Below, piece after piece: positions 40,341-50,457 of a DNA stretch of 64,000 nt. How positions within the stretch are numbered: position 1 is the first letter of the stretch; each line of letters begins with the position of its first letter. Origin of the DNA: an uncultured Gemmataceae bacterium (GTDB taxonomy: Bacteria > Planctomycetota > Planctomycetia > Gemmatales > Gemmataceae); contig CAVVPN010000001.1 in NCBI GenBank assembly GCA_963750165.1, positions 64,001 to 128,000 on the forward strand. The letters are read 5' to 3'. Under the pieces are notes generated by a model that was given only the letters and a program-made list of their open reading frames with translations, did not search any database and was not told the DNA's origin. The position numbers were made by a program, and so were the translations under genes.

Positions 40341-40688
40341 TCACTGGAAAAACTGCTGGTACGCCTCCGCGCTGAACCCGACTAGCAGTGTTTTGCCGCG
40401 GCGCAGCGTCGGCGCCTTCAGGTTGCCCGTCGGCCCGAGCAGCAGCGCCGCCAGGGTGTCGTCGTCGGGCGGGTCGCTCATGTCGATGGTGACGACCTTC
40501 TTGCCCTTGCCCACCATGATTTTGTCCGCGGTCTTCGCCAGTGCCAGCGCCTCGGCACGGCCGCGCTTCTCCCTGGTTGCGTCGGTGCGGTCGGCGACCG
40601 TCACGGCATGCGTCTCAAGAAACTCTTGAGCTTTTTTGCAGCCCATTCAGGACTTGCGGTGGTACATCCAGTCGATCTTGCCGGACAT
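40341..40688 (-). CDS. ArsC/Spx-family selenoprotein (UxxC; TGA at 40647-40649)
   Basis: GGAG RBS, MSGKIDWMYHRKS-TGA-MGCKKAQEFL; C-terminal LGPTGNLKAPTLRRGKTLLVGF; hairpin 3' of the TGA. Confidence 0.85.
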
Positions 40689-40846
40689 GGGAACTCCTTT
40701 GGCTGAACGGAAGAAAACTCACGCAAAGGTGCAAAGACGCAAAGAGTCGCAAAAGAATTGAAATAAAAATCACCACCATGCTCTTGTAATTGGGATTTTC
40801 TTTGGGACTCTTTGCGACTTTGCGCCTTTGCGTGAGCTTTCTTCAT

Positions 40847-42037
40847 TTAATACTTCGGCATGCCGCGATCAATCTTATCGGCCCACGCCAGGATGCCACC
40901 TTTAAGGTTCTTCAATTTTGTGAAGCCCTGCTGTCGCAGGAACGCAATCGCCCTGGCGGAGCGCATACCGCTCTTGCAATGCACCACCATCTCGCGGTTT
41001 TTGTCCAGTTCGCCGAAGCGCTGGCCCAGCTGCGGCAGCGGCAGCAGCACGCTGCCCGGAATCTGGCAAATCGCGTACTCCTCCGGGTTGCGGACGTCGA
41101 GGATAAACACCTTGTCGCCGCGGTCCAGGCGGGCCTTCAACTCCTCCACGGTCGTTTCCGTGGCGTCCGCGGCCGCCGGGGCGGGCGCTTCCTGGCCGCG
41201 CACGCCGCAGAATTGTTCGTAGTCGATCAGCTTCGTGATGGTCGGCTGGTCGCCGCACAGCGGGCACTTCGGATTGCGGCGAATCTTGAACTCCTGAAAG
41301 CGCATCCGCAGTGCATCATAGAGCAGCAGCCGGCCGATGAGCGGCTCGCCCTGGCCGAGAATCAGCTTGACCGCCTCCGTCGCCTGGATGCAGCCGACCA
41401 GGCCCGGCAGGATGCCGAGCACGCCCCCCTCGGCACAGCTCGGCACCTCACCGGGAGGCGGCGGCTCCGGGTACAGGCAGCGGTAGCACGGCCCGTGCGG
41501 CGGATGGAACACCGATGCCTGGCCGTCGAAGCGGAAGATGCTGCCGTAGACGTTCGGCTTGCCCAGCAGCACGCAGGCGTCGTTCACCAGGTAGCGCGTC
41601 GGGAAATTGTCGGTGCCATCGATCACGAGGTCATACGGCTCGAAGAGTGACAGGGCGTTGGCACTGGTCAGCCGCGTTTCGTAGAGATCGACCTGCACCT
41701 CGGGGTTGATCGCTTGCAGTTTTTCCTGCGCGGACTGCAGCTTGGGCCGGCCCACGTCGGCGGTGAAGTGCAGCACCTGGCGGTGCAGGTTGCTGAAATC
41801 GACGGTATCGAAATCGACGAGGCCGAGGCGGCCGACGCCGGCGGCGGCCAGGTACAGGCCCAGCGGCGAGCCGAGGCCGCCCGCGCCGATCAGCAGGACG
41901 CGGGCGGCCTTGAGGCGCTTCTGGCCCTCGACGCCGACCTCCGGCATGATGAGGTGGCGGCTGTAGCGGGCGACCTCGTTTGGCGACAGGGTCGCCGTGG
42001 ACGCCGCCGCGGTGATGCGCTCCAGGTTGACGCTCAT
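40847..42037 (-). CDS. moeB: molybdopterin-synthase adenylyltransferase MoeB/ThiF with C-terminal rhodanese
   Basis: RYSRHL, GAGGLG, SNLHRQ, DGTDNF, PCYRC, SCAEGG, CPLC; HCKSGMRS. Confidence 0.93.
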   Translation of the reverse strand: MSVNLERITAAASTATLSPNEVARYSRHLIMPEVGVEGQKRLKAARVLLIGAGGLGSPLGLYLAAAGVGRLGLVDFDTVDFSNLHRQVLHFTADVGRPKLQSAQEKLQAINPEVQVDLYETRLTSANALSLFEPYDLVIDGTDNFPTRYLVNDACVLLGKPNVYGSIFRFDGQASVFHPPHGPCYRCLYPEPPPPGEVPSCAEGGVLGILPGLVGCIQATEAVKLILGQGEPLIGRLLLYDALRMRFQEFKIRRNPKCPLCGDQPTITKLIDYEQFCGVRGQEAPAPAAADATETTVEELKARLDRGDKVFILDVRNPEEYAICQIPGSVLLPLPQLGQRFGELDKNREMVVHCKSGMRSARAIAFLRQQGFTKLKNLKGGILAWADKIDRGMPKY

Positions 42038-42073
42038 GGGGTGTCAGTTCTCGGTGGAATCAAGAGGGTGAGG

Positions 42074-42718
42074 TTATTTTTTCTTGGCGATCACGGCCTG
42101 CGTGGTTTCCGTTTTCCGGCGGAAGAGGCCCAGTCCCACGTTCAGAACCTGGCCGTCCAGGTCGCCCGTCTTGTTGTCGTTTTTCGCGGACTGGAACTTC
42201 AGGTCCTTCAGGATCAACTCATCCCCGTCCAGTCGGTAGCGCATGCTGAAGGGCTGTTCCTGGAGCGCATTCATGACCTCCAGTACCTTCCCGAGATCAT
42301 CGAAGTCCTGTTTCTTCTTGCCGCCGATCTTGATGTCCGCCATCGACACCACGCCGTAGATGACGCTGTCTTTCGTCACGCTGTAGTCCGTCCGGAACGT
42401 GACGGTCACGTCCTTGACGTCGCCTTCTTTCACCTTCATGTAAACCGTGCCGTAAAGCTGATCGTTGTCGAAGCGGAGCGTGACGGCCAGCGGCCCAATT
42501 TTGCGCTCCCAGGTGCCGAGCGGTTTGTTCGTCGTCTCCGTGCGGGTGGTTGAATCCCCACATGTGACTGGAATCGGGTATGAGCTGCCGATCGAGGGGC
42601 TGCTGTTCGTCGCTTTGTACGGCGACTGCGACCACAGCACTGCCCCACCCGTGGCAACGATGCCCAGAATCACGATGGCGCCACCGGCGCGATACCAACT
42701 CCTGCGGGTCATGGCCAT
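42074..42718 (-). CDS. hypothetical secreted or membrane-anchored protein
   Basis: 214-aa ORF with N-terminal hydrophobic segment and GGAGG RBS. Confidence 0.7.
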   Translation of the reverse strand: MAMTRRSWYRAGGAIVILGIVATGGAVLWSQSPYKATNSSPSIGSSYPIPVTCGDSTTRTETTNKPLGTWERKIGPLAVTLRFDNDQLYGTVYMKVKEGDVKDVTVTFRTDYSVTKDSVIYGVVSMADIKIGGKKKQDFDDLGKVLEVMNALQEQPFSMRYRLDGDELILKDLKFQSAKNDNKTGDLDGQVLNVGLGLFRRKTETTQAVIAKKK

Positions 42719-42850
42719 GAGTTCCCTCCTTGGACCGAGAAAAAGACGCCATCCGTGGAGCAGGGCGAGCGGCGCGGCGTCAGCCCGCCGGTACTGCGCG
42801 CCACCGGCGGGCTGACGCCGCGCCGCTCGCCATCAGTTGCGACACGCGGG

Positions 42851-44088
42851 TCAGCTCAACGCCCCGACCACCAGGCAGCAGTTGTGCCCGCCGAAGCCAA
42901 AGCTGTTGGAAATCGCCCGCCGCACGCGCTTCTCGCGCGCCATGTTCGGCACGTAATCCAGATCGCACTGCGGATCGGGGTTGTCCAGATTGATCGTCGG
43001 ATGCAGCACACCCTTCGCAATCGACATGGCCGTCGCAATCAACTCGACGCCGCCGCTGGCCCCGAGCAGATGGCCGATCATGCTCTTGGTGCTGCTGATC
43101 GCCAGCCGGCGGGCGTGCTCCTTGAAGACGCGCTTGATCGCCCCGGTTTCGGCCACGTCGCCCAGTTCCGTGCTGGTGCCGTGCGCGTTGACGTAGTCCA
43201 CGTCCTCCGGGTTGATGCGGGCGTCGCGCAGTGCCAACTCCATCGCCCGCGCCGCCCCAATCCCTCCGGGTGCGGCGCCGTGATGTGGTGCGCGTCGGCG
43301 GTGCTGCCGCTGCCCAGCAGCTCGGCGTAAATCTTCGCGCCGCGCTTTTTGGCGTGTTCCAGCTCTTCAATGACCACGATGCCGGCGCCCTCGCTGAGGA
43401 TGAAACCGTCGCGGTCGCGGTCGAACGGCCGGCTGGCGCGCGGCGGGTCGTCGTTGCGCGTGGACAGCGCCCGCGCCGAACAGAAGCCGCCCAAACCCAT
43501 CGGCGTGATCGCCGCCTCGCTGCCGCCCGTGACCATCACCTCCGCCTGGTCGTACTGGATCGCCCGCACCGCGTCGCCGATGGCGTGCGCCGCGCTGGCG
43601 CACGCCGTTGAAATGGCGGTGTTCGGGCCGCACAGGCCGAACTCGATGGAAATGTTGCCCGCCGCCGCGTTCGCGATCATTTTCGGGATCACGAACGGGC
43701 TGATGCGCCCCGGCCCGTCCTTGAGGTAGCGGGCGTGCTGCTCCTCGAACTCGTTCAGGCCGCCGATGCCGCTGCCGATGATCGTGCCGGCGCGGAACGG
43801 ATCGCCCTTGCCGAAGTCGATGCCGCTATCGCGCACCGCCTCCTTCGCCGCCACCAGCGCGAACTGCGCGAAGCGGTCCAGCCGCCGGGCCGCCTTCACG
43901 TCGAGGTGCCTGGCCGGGTCCCAGCCTTTCACCTCGCCGCCGAAGCGGACCTTGAACGCGCTGGTGTCGAACTGCTCGATCAGTCCGACGCCGCTGCGCC
44001 CGGCCAGGAGTCCTTGCCAGAAGGCGGTCAACTCCGAGGAGAGCGAGTTGACCGTCCCCATGCCGGTGATGACGACACGTCGGATCAT
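42851..44088 (-). CDS. fabF: beta-ketoacyl-ACP synthase II (apparent frameshift ~43262)
   Basis: [45 protein letters not shown]; frames join at [12 protein letters not shown]. Confidence 0.95.
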
Positions 44089-44672
44089 TTCTTGGCCAGC
44101 TCCCGCTCGATGTAATCGATTGCCTCGCCCACGGTCTTGATCTTCTCGGCCTGCTCGTCGGGGATGGTGATCTCGAACTCCTCTTCGAGTTCCATCACCA
44201 GCTCGACGATGTCCAGCGAGTCGGCGCCGATGTCCTCGGTGAAGGAGGTGGCGCGCGTCACCTGCTCCTTGTTGACGCCGAGGTTCTCGCAGACGAGGTT
44301 GATGACGCGCTCCTCCACGGTGGCGCCGGGGGTGCGTTCGCGGCGCGGCTTGGCCGGCGTGTCACCGCCGCGGCCCAGGGCCTGGGCCCAGGACTCCACC
44401 GCCCAGCGGGCCTGGTCCTGCGGCACCTCCTGCTTGTCGGTCAGGCGCTGGGCCAACCGGCCGACCTCGTCGGCGGAGACAACGCCCTTGCCGCCCTTGA
44501 GTTCGGCGACCACTTCCGCCTTGACGGCGGCGATCAGGCTGGCGACCTCAGCACGGTGCTTGCCGCCAGTGCCGTCGTTGAGGATGCCCTCCAGGCGGCG
44601 CGGATCGTCGGCGACGCCGGCGCCCTGTTCCTTGATGACCTCGCACAGTTTTTGACGCGGTAAATCGCTCAT
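44085..44672 (-). CDS. acpP: acyl carrier protein with ~115-aa N-terminal extension
   Basis: C-terminal [18 protein letters not shown]; continuous ORF from ATG 44672. Confidence 0.88.
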   Translation of the reverse strand: MSDLPRQKLCEVIKEQGAGVADDPRRLEGILNDGTGGKHRAEVASLIAAVKAEVVAELKGGKGVVSADEVGRLAQRLTDKQEVPQDQARWAVESWAQALGRGGDTPAKPRRERTPGATVEERVINLVCENLGVNKEQVTRATSFTEDIGADSLDIVELVMELEEEFEITIPDEQAEKIKTVGEAIDYIERELAKK

Positions 44673-45060
44673 GGTCTTATCCTGAAAAAAATGAACGGTC
44701 GTGGCGGTTCGCCTGACGGGCGCGGTCAGGAGTTGGCGGTCGCTTCGTTCTCCCTGCCCCCCTGGTGGGGGAGGGTGGGGGTGGCGGGGAGGAACTCAGG
44801 TTGCACAGGGTTGATCCCCCCCACCCCCACCCTCCCCCACCAGGGGGAGGGAGTGAAGAGCAAACTGCCCGGGGTAGCGCGGTGCGACAGGGCCAGCGGA
44901 GCAACGGACGCTCTGGTTATGTACCACAGCGAGCGCATGGCGAGCAAGACGGATCTTGGAGGGCCACGCGGGACGGGCAGGGGCGCGCCCTCTGGCCGAC
45001 GCATTCTAAACAGTGAATTTACAAAAAGGACCGCCCCTGGACAGAGGGCGGCCGCCGGCT

Positions 45061-45969
45061 TCAAGCGCCGACATTGACGCACTCGGCGGTGCGCTTGATC
45101 CGCTTGAGCAGTCCCGCCAGCACGCGGCCGGGGCCGATCTCGTAAAACCGCTCGACGCCGGCGTCCACCAGGCCGCGCAGCAGGTGCTCGAACAGGACCG
45201 GCTGCACAACCTGGCGCACCAGCAGTTGCTTGATTTCCGCCGGGTCGGTGTGCGGCCGGGCGTCCACGTTCGACCACACCGGCACACGCGGCGCTTGCAG
45301 CGACACCTCGGCCAGCGCCGCCGCCAGCTGATCGTCAGCGGGTTTCATCAATTCCGTGTGGAAGGCGCCGGCGACGGCCAGGCGGATGGTCTTCATGGCA
45401 CCGTGCTCGGGGGCCAGGCGCTCGACCTCGTCGCAGGCGGCCGTCGTGCCGGAGACGACGATGTTGGCCGGGCAGAGCAGGTTGGCGACGGCGACGAAGC
45501 CCCTGGGCCGGGCGGCGGCGCACAGGGCTTCCACCCTGGTTTGATCCAGGCCGAGGACGCTGACCATGCCGCTGGGCGTGGCATCGGCTGCGGCCTGCAT
45601 GGCCTCACCGCGGCGGCGCACGACGCGCAGGCCGTCGGCGAAACTCAGGGCGCCGGCGCAGACCAGGGCGGTGTATTCACCCAGGCTCAGCCCGGCGGCA
45701 GCGACGGCGGTGGACTCGGCGGCGGCGTCGGTGGAGCGCAGGCTTTCGAGCGCGGCCAGGCTGGCGACGAAGAGGGCGGGCTGGCTGATGACGGTGGCGT
45801 TCAGGCGTTCGGCCGGGCCGCTGGCGCAGACGGCGCGCAGATCGTAGCCGAGGATGGCAGCGGCTTCGTCGAAGAGCTGGCGGGCGCACGGCAGCGTGGC
45901 GCAGAGCTGCTGGGCCATGCCCACGGTCTGGGCCCCTTGCCCGGGAAAGAGGAAGGCACTCTTCGGCAT
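45061..45969 (-). CDS. fabD: malonyl-CoA:ACP transacylase
   Basis: FLFPGQGAQ, GLSLGEY, VAGAFH, EIGPGRVL. Confidence 0.95.
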   Translation of the reverse strand: MPKSAFLFPGQGAQTVGMAQQLCATLPCARQLFDEAAAILGYDLRAVCASGPAERLNATVISQPALFVASLAALESLRSTDAAAESTAVAAAGLSLGEYTALVCAGALSFADGLRVVRRRGEAMQAAADATPSGMVSVLGLDQTRVEALCAAARPRGFVAVANLLCPANIVVSGTTAACDEVERLAPEHGAMKTIRLAVAGAFHTELMKPADDQLAAALAEVSLQAPRVPVWSNVDARPHTDPAEIKQLLVRQVVQPVLFEHLLRGLVDAGVERFYEIGPGRVLAGLLKRIKRTAECVNVGA

Positions 45970-46151
45970 GATGATTGACCCACGATTCTGTTTTGGGACA
46001 GGTTGGCAACCTGTCCTGCGAGACCGCTCCACCCGACTGCCAGGCGCTCAACAGCCGGAACTCGACCCGGCGCTGGCGCTCCGACTGGTAACGCCTGGTC
46101 ACGGCAACTGGACTGCGAACCCCCTCCCCCGGCTTAGAGCGGTTCGCAGTT

Positions 46152-46219
46152 GGGTGTAGCGGAAGTCGCCAGACTTCCGTCCGGTGCTGCTCGGAAGTCT
46201 GGCGACTTCCGCTACACCC
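46152..46219. repeat. REP-like palindrome
   Basis: GGGTGTAGCGGAAGTCGCCAGACTTCCG ... GGAAGTCTGGCGACTTCCGCTACACCC. Confidence 0.8.
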
Positions 46220-46262
46220 ATTCGCAACCTGCAATAAATGATCCATCCAGCGCCCGGAGGCG

Positions 46263-47726
46263 TCAGGACCGGGCCGGGTTCTTTTTCTTCGTCTTCGGTT
46301 TCGGAGCGGTCTGGGCGTTGGGGTCCCCGAAGTCTTTCTCCAACGCGGCCAGCAGCCGTTTGACATCGAGCACGCCGAAGCCGTACTCGTAATTGTGGCC
46401 CCGGGTCCCGCCCGGTTGCACCGCCGAATGCCGCAGCAAGTCGCGGAGCCGGGCCGGCGGCACCAGGCTGCTCGGGTACAGCCGGCGGATCGCCGCCACG
46501 ACGCCCGTGGCCACCGGCGTGGCCGCCGACGTGCCACCGTCGGCGGTGTAGACCCCGGAGCCCGCGAAATGCGTGTAACAGGCCAGGTCCGGCTTCTGCT
46601 TCTCCAGCCGGCCCGGCCCCTTGGTCGAGTAGCCCAGGCGCGTGTTGTTCTGGGTAGCGACGCCCGCCACACAGGTCACCGCGGCGGAGGAGTTGGCCCC
46701 GTAGATGCCGGCGTTGGTGAAAGTGCCACAGCGCCCGTCCGGGCACTCCGGCCCGCAGTTGCCGGCCGCGAACAGGATGTCCGCCCCGGCCGCCTCCAGG
46801 CTGGCGACGAGGATGTTGAACGGGTGGTTGGGGTTGTCGCTGTAGTTCTGCGGGTCGCCAACGGGAAAGTCCCACGACGGCTGAAACATGCCCCAGCTGT
46901 TGTTGACGACCAGGGTGCGCGGGAAGTGGTCGCCGGCGAACGGCTGCGGGCCGCGCGTCAGCCAACTGAGCAGGATGCCGTAGGCCTGCACCGCGTCGCT
47001 GAGCAGACCGTCCATGGTGGAACCGCCGGGCGTCTGCGAGGTCAGCACGGCGTGGTCCACCACGGTGCATGCGGGGGCGCAAATGCACACGTCATAGGCA
47101 CACATGGTGCCGTGGTCCACCGGCATGTTCCCCAGAGGCTGGTTGGCCAACGGCCCCCAGCTGAGGTCGGCGTCGAAGGCCGGCGTCTTGCCGCGTGCCC
47201 GCAGGTAGGTCAGGTTGAAGCCGGTGTCCACAATCACCACGCGCACGCCCGCACCGTCCATGCCGCGGCGCTGCAGCTCCGCCACCTGCAGCAGCTGGGC
47301 GACGGTGAGGTCGCTGCCGATGGGGCCGTTCGGGCAAACGTGGGCGATGGGCTGGATGCGCGGGTCAGCGAAGACGCCCACCACGCCAGGATCGGTGCCG
47401 GCTTTTTCCAGGAACGCCTGGAGGGTGTCGGGATGAACGGCGCCGCGCAACAGGTAGGTGGCGGGGTCCGCGCCGCTGAAGGAAGCCGTGGCCAGGGCGA
47501 AGGCGGCGCCCGAGGCGGCCGGGCCGCCCGAGGAGCGCGGCGGGATCGGCACCGGTGAATAGCCCGTGTCGATTTGCAGCCCCGGGAAGCGGGGGCCGGT
47601 GGTGGGGGCCTGGGCGGGCCCCATCGCGAAGGCGGCGGCAGGGGCGGTGCCGACCGGGCCAAACGAGGCGGCGGCCAGCATCGGCGTCGAACGCATCTGC
47701 AACATCACACGGACGGGCTCGGACAT
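46263..47726 (-). CDS. S8 family (subtilisin-like) serine protease
   Basis: VVIVDTG, DHGTMCA, NNSWG, FAAGN, GTSAATP; no signal peptide seen. Confidence 0.92.
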   Translation of the reverse strand: MSEPVRVMLQMRSTPMLAAASFGPVGTAPAAAFAMGPAQAPTTGPRFPGLQIDTGYSPVPIPPRSSGGPAASGAAFALATASFSGADPATYLLRGAVHPDTLQAFLEKAGTDPGVVGVFADPRIQPIAHVCPNGPIGSDLTVAQLLQVAELQRRGMDGAGVRVVIVDTGFNLTYLRARGKTPAFDADLSWGPLANQPLGNMPVDHGTMCAYDVCICAPACTVVDHAVLTSQTPGGSTMDGLLSDAVQAYGILLSWLTRGPQPFAGDHFPRTLVVNNSWGMFQPSWDFPVGDPQNYSDNPNHPFNILVASLEAAGADILFAAGNCGPECPDGRCGTFTNAGIYGANSSAAVTCVAGVATQNNTRLGYSTKGPGRLEKQKPDLACYTHFAGSGVYTADGGTSAATPVATGVVAAIRRLYPSSLVPPARLRDLLRHSAVQPGGTRGHNYEYGFGVLDVKRLLAALEKDFGDPNAQTAPKPKTKKKNPARS

Positions 47727-47749
47727 GGGGCACCGAGGTTAAAGTGCTA

Positions 47750-47986
47750 TCAGGTGGTGCTAATGCGCACGTCGCCGTAGGCCCCCTGGATTTCCGGACT
47801 CAAGCGCGTTCGAGTTTCGAGGTTGTCCACCGCGGGGGCGCGCACCACGTACAGGGATTGCCGGGGGTCAATGCACACGATGCCGAAGCGGGCGTCGAGC
47901 GGCAAGTCTTCCAGGCCGGGTAGGGCCTGGACGGCGTCCAGCGACGGTTGCGGGCCGGGCATCTTTATTTTAATCATGGCGGCCAT
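47750..47986 (-). CDS. small protein resembling the adjacent subtilase propeptide
   Basis: GGAGG RBS; motif alignment with the S8 N-terminus. Confidence 0.65.
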   Translation of the reverse strand: MAAMIKIKMPGPQPSLDAVQALPGLEDLPLDARFGIVCIDPRQSLYVVRAPAVDNLETRTRLSPEIQGAYGDVRISTT

Positions 47987-48046
47987 GGTTTCCCTCCAAA
48001 TCAATACCGGGCGCTCCCCGCGCGCATTATACGAAGTGAGGCGGGG

Positions 48047-49066
48047 TCAATCGTTTTCCGCGGCCGGCGTCGGGCTCGCCTCCAGCTCCTGCACGATGCG
48101 CTCGTTGAGCCGGGTCTCGGCGTACTCGGCCGCCACCGCCAGCGCGTTCTTGATCGCCCGATCCCCCGAGCTACCGTGACAGATGATGCAGATGCCGTCA
48201 ATGCCCAGCAGCGGCGCCCCGCCGTGCTCCGCGTAGTCGTAGCGCTCCACCAGCGCTTGCAGCGCCTCCTGGCCCAGTGCCTTTTCCGCGTTGAGCCGCG
48301 CGTGCAGTTCCTGGCCGACCATCTTCATCACGAACTCGAACAGCCCCTCACACACCTTCAGCACCACGTTGCCGACGAAGCCATCGGTCACGATCACGTC
48401 GCAGACGCCCTTGTGGATGTCGCGGCCCTCGACGTTGCCGATGAAGCGCTCGCGCAGCGGGCTGGCGTTGAACAGCGCGTGCGTGTCCCGGGCCAGGTCG
48501 TTGCCCTTCTGCTCCTCCGAGCCGACGTTCATCAGGCCGATCTTCGGCTGCTCGCGCTTGAGAATGTGCCGCGCGAAGATGCCACCCATGACGCCGTACT
48601 GAAACAGGTGCTCCGGCTTGGGGCTGATGTTGGCGCCCACGTCGAGCATGACGCACGGGCCGCGCAGCGTCGGCATCACCGCGGCGATGCCGGGGCGGCG
48701 CACGTTCGGCAGGAACAGCCGCAGTCGCAGACCGCCGGCGACCATGGCGCCGGTGTTGCCGGCGCTGACGATGGCGTCCACCTTGCGGCTGGCCAGCAGC
48801 TCCCAGCAGCGGCTGATGGAATTGTCCGGCTTCTTGCGCAGGGCGAGTACCGGGGCCTCTTCCATGCCGATGGCCTGGGCGCAGTGGAAGAGGTCCAGGC
48901 GGTCGCGCACGGCGGCGTCGGCGCCGGCCAGGCACGGCTCGATCTGGGCCTGGTCGCCGACGAGGACCACGCGCAGGTTGGGATCGGCGGCCACCGCCTG
49001 CACGGCGCCGGCGACGATCGGCCCCGGGGCGAGGTCGCCGCCCATCGCGTCCAGCGCGATCAGCAT
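48047..49066 (-). CDS. plsX: phosphate acyltransferase
   Basis: IALDAMGGD, SAGNTGA, LDVGAN, DGFVGNV, HGSS. Confidence 0.96.
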   Translation of the reverse strand: MLIALDAMGGDLAPGPIVAGAVQAVAADPNLRVVLVGDQAQIEPCLAGADAAVRDRLDLFHCAQAIGMEEAPVLALRKKPDNSISRCWELLASRKVDAIVSAGNTGAMVAGGLRLRLFLPNVRRPGIAAVMPTLRGPCVMLDVGANISPKPEHLFQYGVMGGIFARHILKREQPKIGLMNVGSEEQKGNDLARDTHALFNASPLRERFIGNVEGRDIHKGVCDVIVTDGFVGNVVLKVCEGLFEFVMKMVGQELHARLNAEKALGQEALQALVERYDYAEHGGAPLLGIDGICIICHGSSGDRAIKNALAVAAEYAETRLNERIVQELEASPTPAAEND

Positions 49067-49070
49067 ACGC

Positions 49071-49256
49071 TTACTTCTCCTGTTCCGGGGCGACGACCTC
49101 GCGCCCCTGATAATAACCGCAGCTGGCGCAGACGCGGTGTGGCAGCACGGGATCGCCGCACTGCGGGCAATATTGAATTTGCGTCGGCTTGATGTGCAGG
49201 TGGCTGCGTCGCTTGCCCTGCCGGGCGTGCGAGACGCGCCGCTTGGGAACTGCCAT
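49071..49256 (-). CDS. rpmF: 50S ribosomal protein L32 (Zn-binding type)
   Basis: MAVPKRRVS, CPQC...HRVCASCGYY. Confidence 0.96.
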   Translation of the reverse strand: MAVPKRRVSHARQGKRRSHLHIKPTQIQYCPQCGDPVLPHRVCASCGYYQGREVVAPEQEK

Positions 49257-49350
49257 GATGGTTCTGCCTTCCTTTGGGCTCTGGACAAGGTGAGTTATCG
49301 TAGGTCCGGCGCGTCCCACGTGTCAAGGGCAACGGCTGGGAGCGCCCCTG

Positions 49351-50457
49351 TCAATTGAATGGGCCGGCGCGGTTTTGGCCAGAGGCGCCACGCGGCAGCA
49401 AATGAATCGCCGGCGCCTTGAGCAGCACCGTCACCGTGTCGCCTTCGCGCAGGTGCAGTTCATCGCACGCCGGCCGCGTCACCAGCGCCGCCAGCGCGAA
49501 GCCGCAGTCCAGGCCGACGCGCACCAGCGGCCCCTCGGGCACCAGGCTCACGACGCGCCCCGCCAGCCGGTTGCGGGCGCTGGTCGGCGCCATGTCCTTT
49601 TGCAGCACCACCTCCTCGGCGCGAATGCACACGTACACCTCCACTGCCGGTGTGTCGGGCGCCACCGCCAGCAGTTCCGCCCGGCCGACCGCCACCGTCG
49701 CCAGCCCGTCCGCGACACGCAACACCCGGCCCGGCTCGACCGTTTCGACGCCCACGATCCGCGCCACCGTCAGGTCCGCGGGCCGGCTGAAGACCTCATG
49801 CACCGGCCCGGCCTGGCGAATCTTGCCCGCGTCCAGCACAATCAGTTGGTCCGCCAATGCCATGGCCTCAACGCGGTCGTGCGTCACCAGCACCGCCGGT
49901 GTGGCCGCCGTCGCCAGCAGCCGCCGCAGTTCGCCGCGTAACTGCTCGCGGGTCGGCCCGTCCAGCGCCGACAGCGGCTCGTCCAGCAGCAACAGCCGTG
50001 GCCGCGGCGCCAGCGCCCGCGCCAGCGCCACGCGCTGCTGCTGGCCGCCCGACAGCTGCCGCGGATACCGTTCGTCCAGCCCCGTCAGCTGCAGTAGATC
50101 GAGCAGCTCCGCGATGCGCCGCCGTTCCGACCGGGCCAGGCCGTAGCCGATGTTGGCCGCGACGGTCAGGTGCGGGAACAGGGCGTACTCCTGGAACAGG
50201 AAACCGACGCCGCGCCGCTGCGGTGGCAGACACACGCCCGCGGCGGCGTCGAACCACGTGACGGCACCGCAGCGGATGACGCCGCGCTCCGGTTGCTCCA
50301 GGCCCGCCAGGCAGCGCAGGATCGTCGTCTTGCCGCAGCCGCTCGGGCCGTAGAGCACCGTGGTGCCGGCGCCCTCCGCCGGGCAGCGGAACGCCGCCTC
50401 GATGACGGCGCCGCCGGCGAAGCGCTTGGTGAAGTCGGCGGTCAGGGTGGCGCTCAT
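49351..50457 (-). CDS. modC: molybdate ABC transporter ATPase with TOBE domains
   Basis: GPSGCGKT, LSGGQQQR, DEPLSALD, TSARN. Confidence 0.9.
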   Translation of the reverse strand: MSATLTADFTKRFAGGAVIEAAFRCPAEGAGTTVLYGPSGCGKTTILRCLAGLEQPERGVIRCGAVTWFDAAAGVCLPPQRRGVGFLFQEYALFPHLTVAANIGYGLARSERRRIAELLDLLQLTGLDERYPRQLSGGQQQRVALARALAPRPRLLLLDEPLSALDGPTREQLRGELRRLLATAATPAVLVTHDRVEAMALADQLIVLDAGKIRQAGPVHEVFSRPADLTVARIVGVETVEPGRVLRVADGLATVAVGRAELLAVAPDTPAVEVYVCIRAEEVVLQKDMAPTSARNRLAGRVVSLVPEGPLVRVGLDCGFALAALVTRPACDELHLREGDTVTVLLKAPAIHLLPRGASGQNRAGPFN

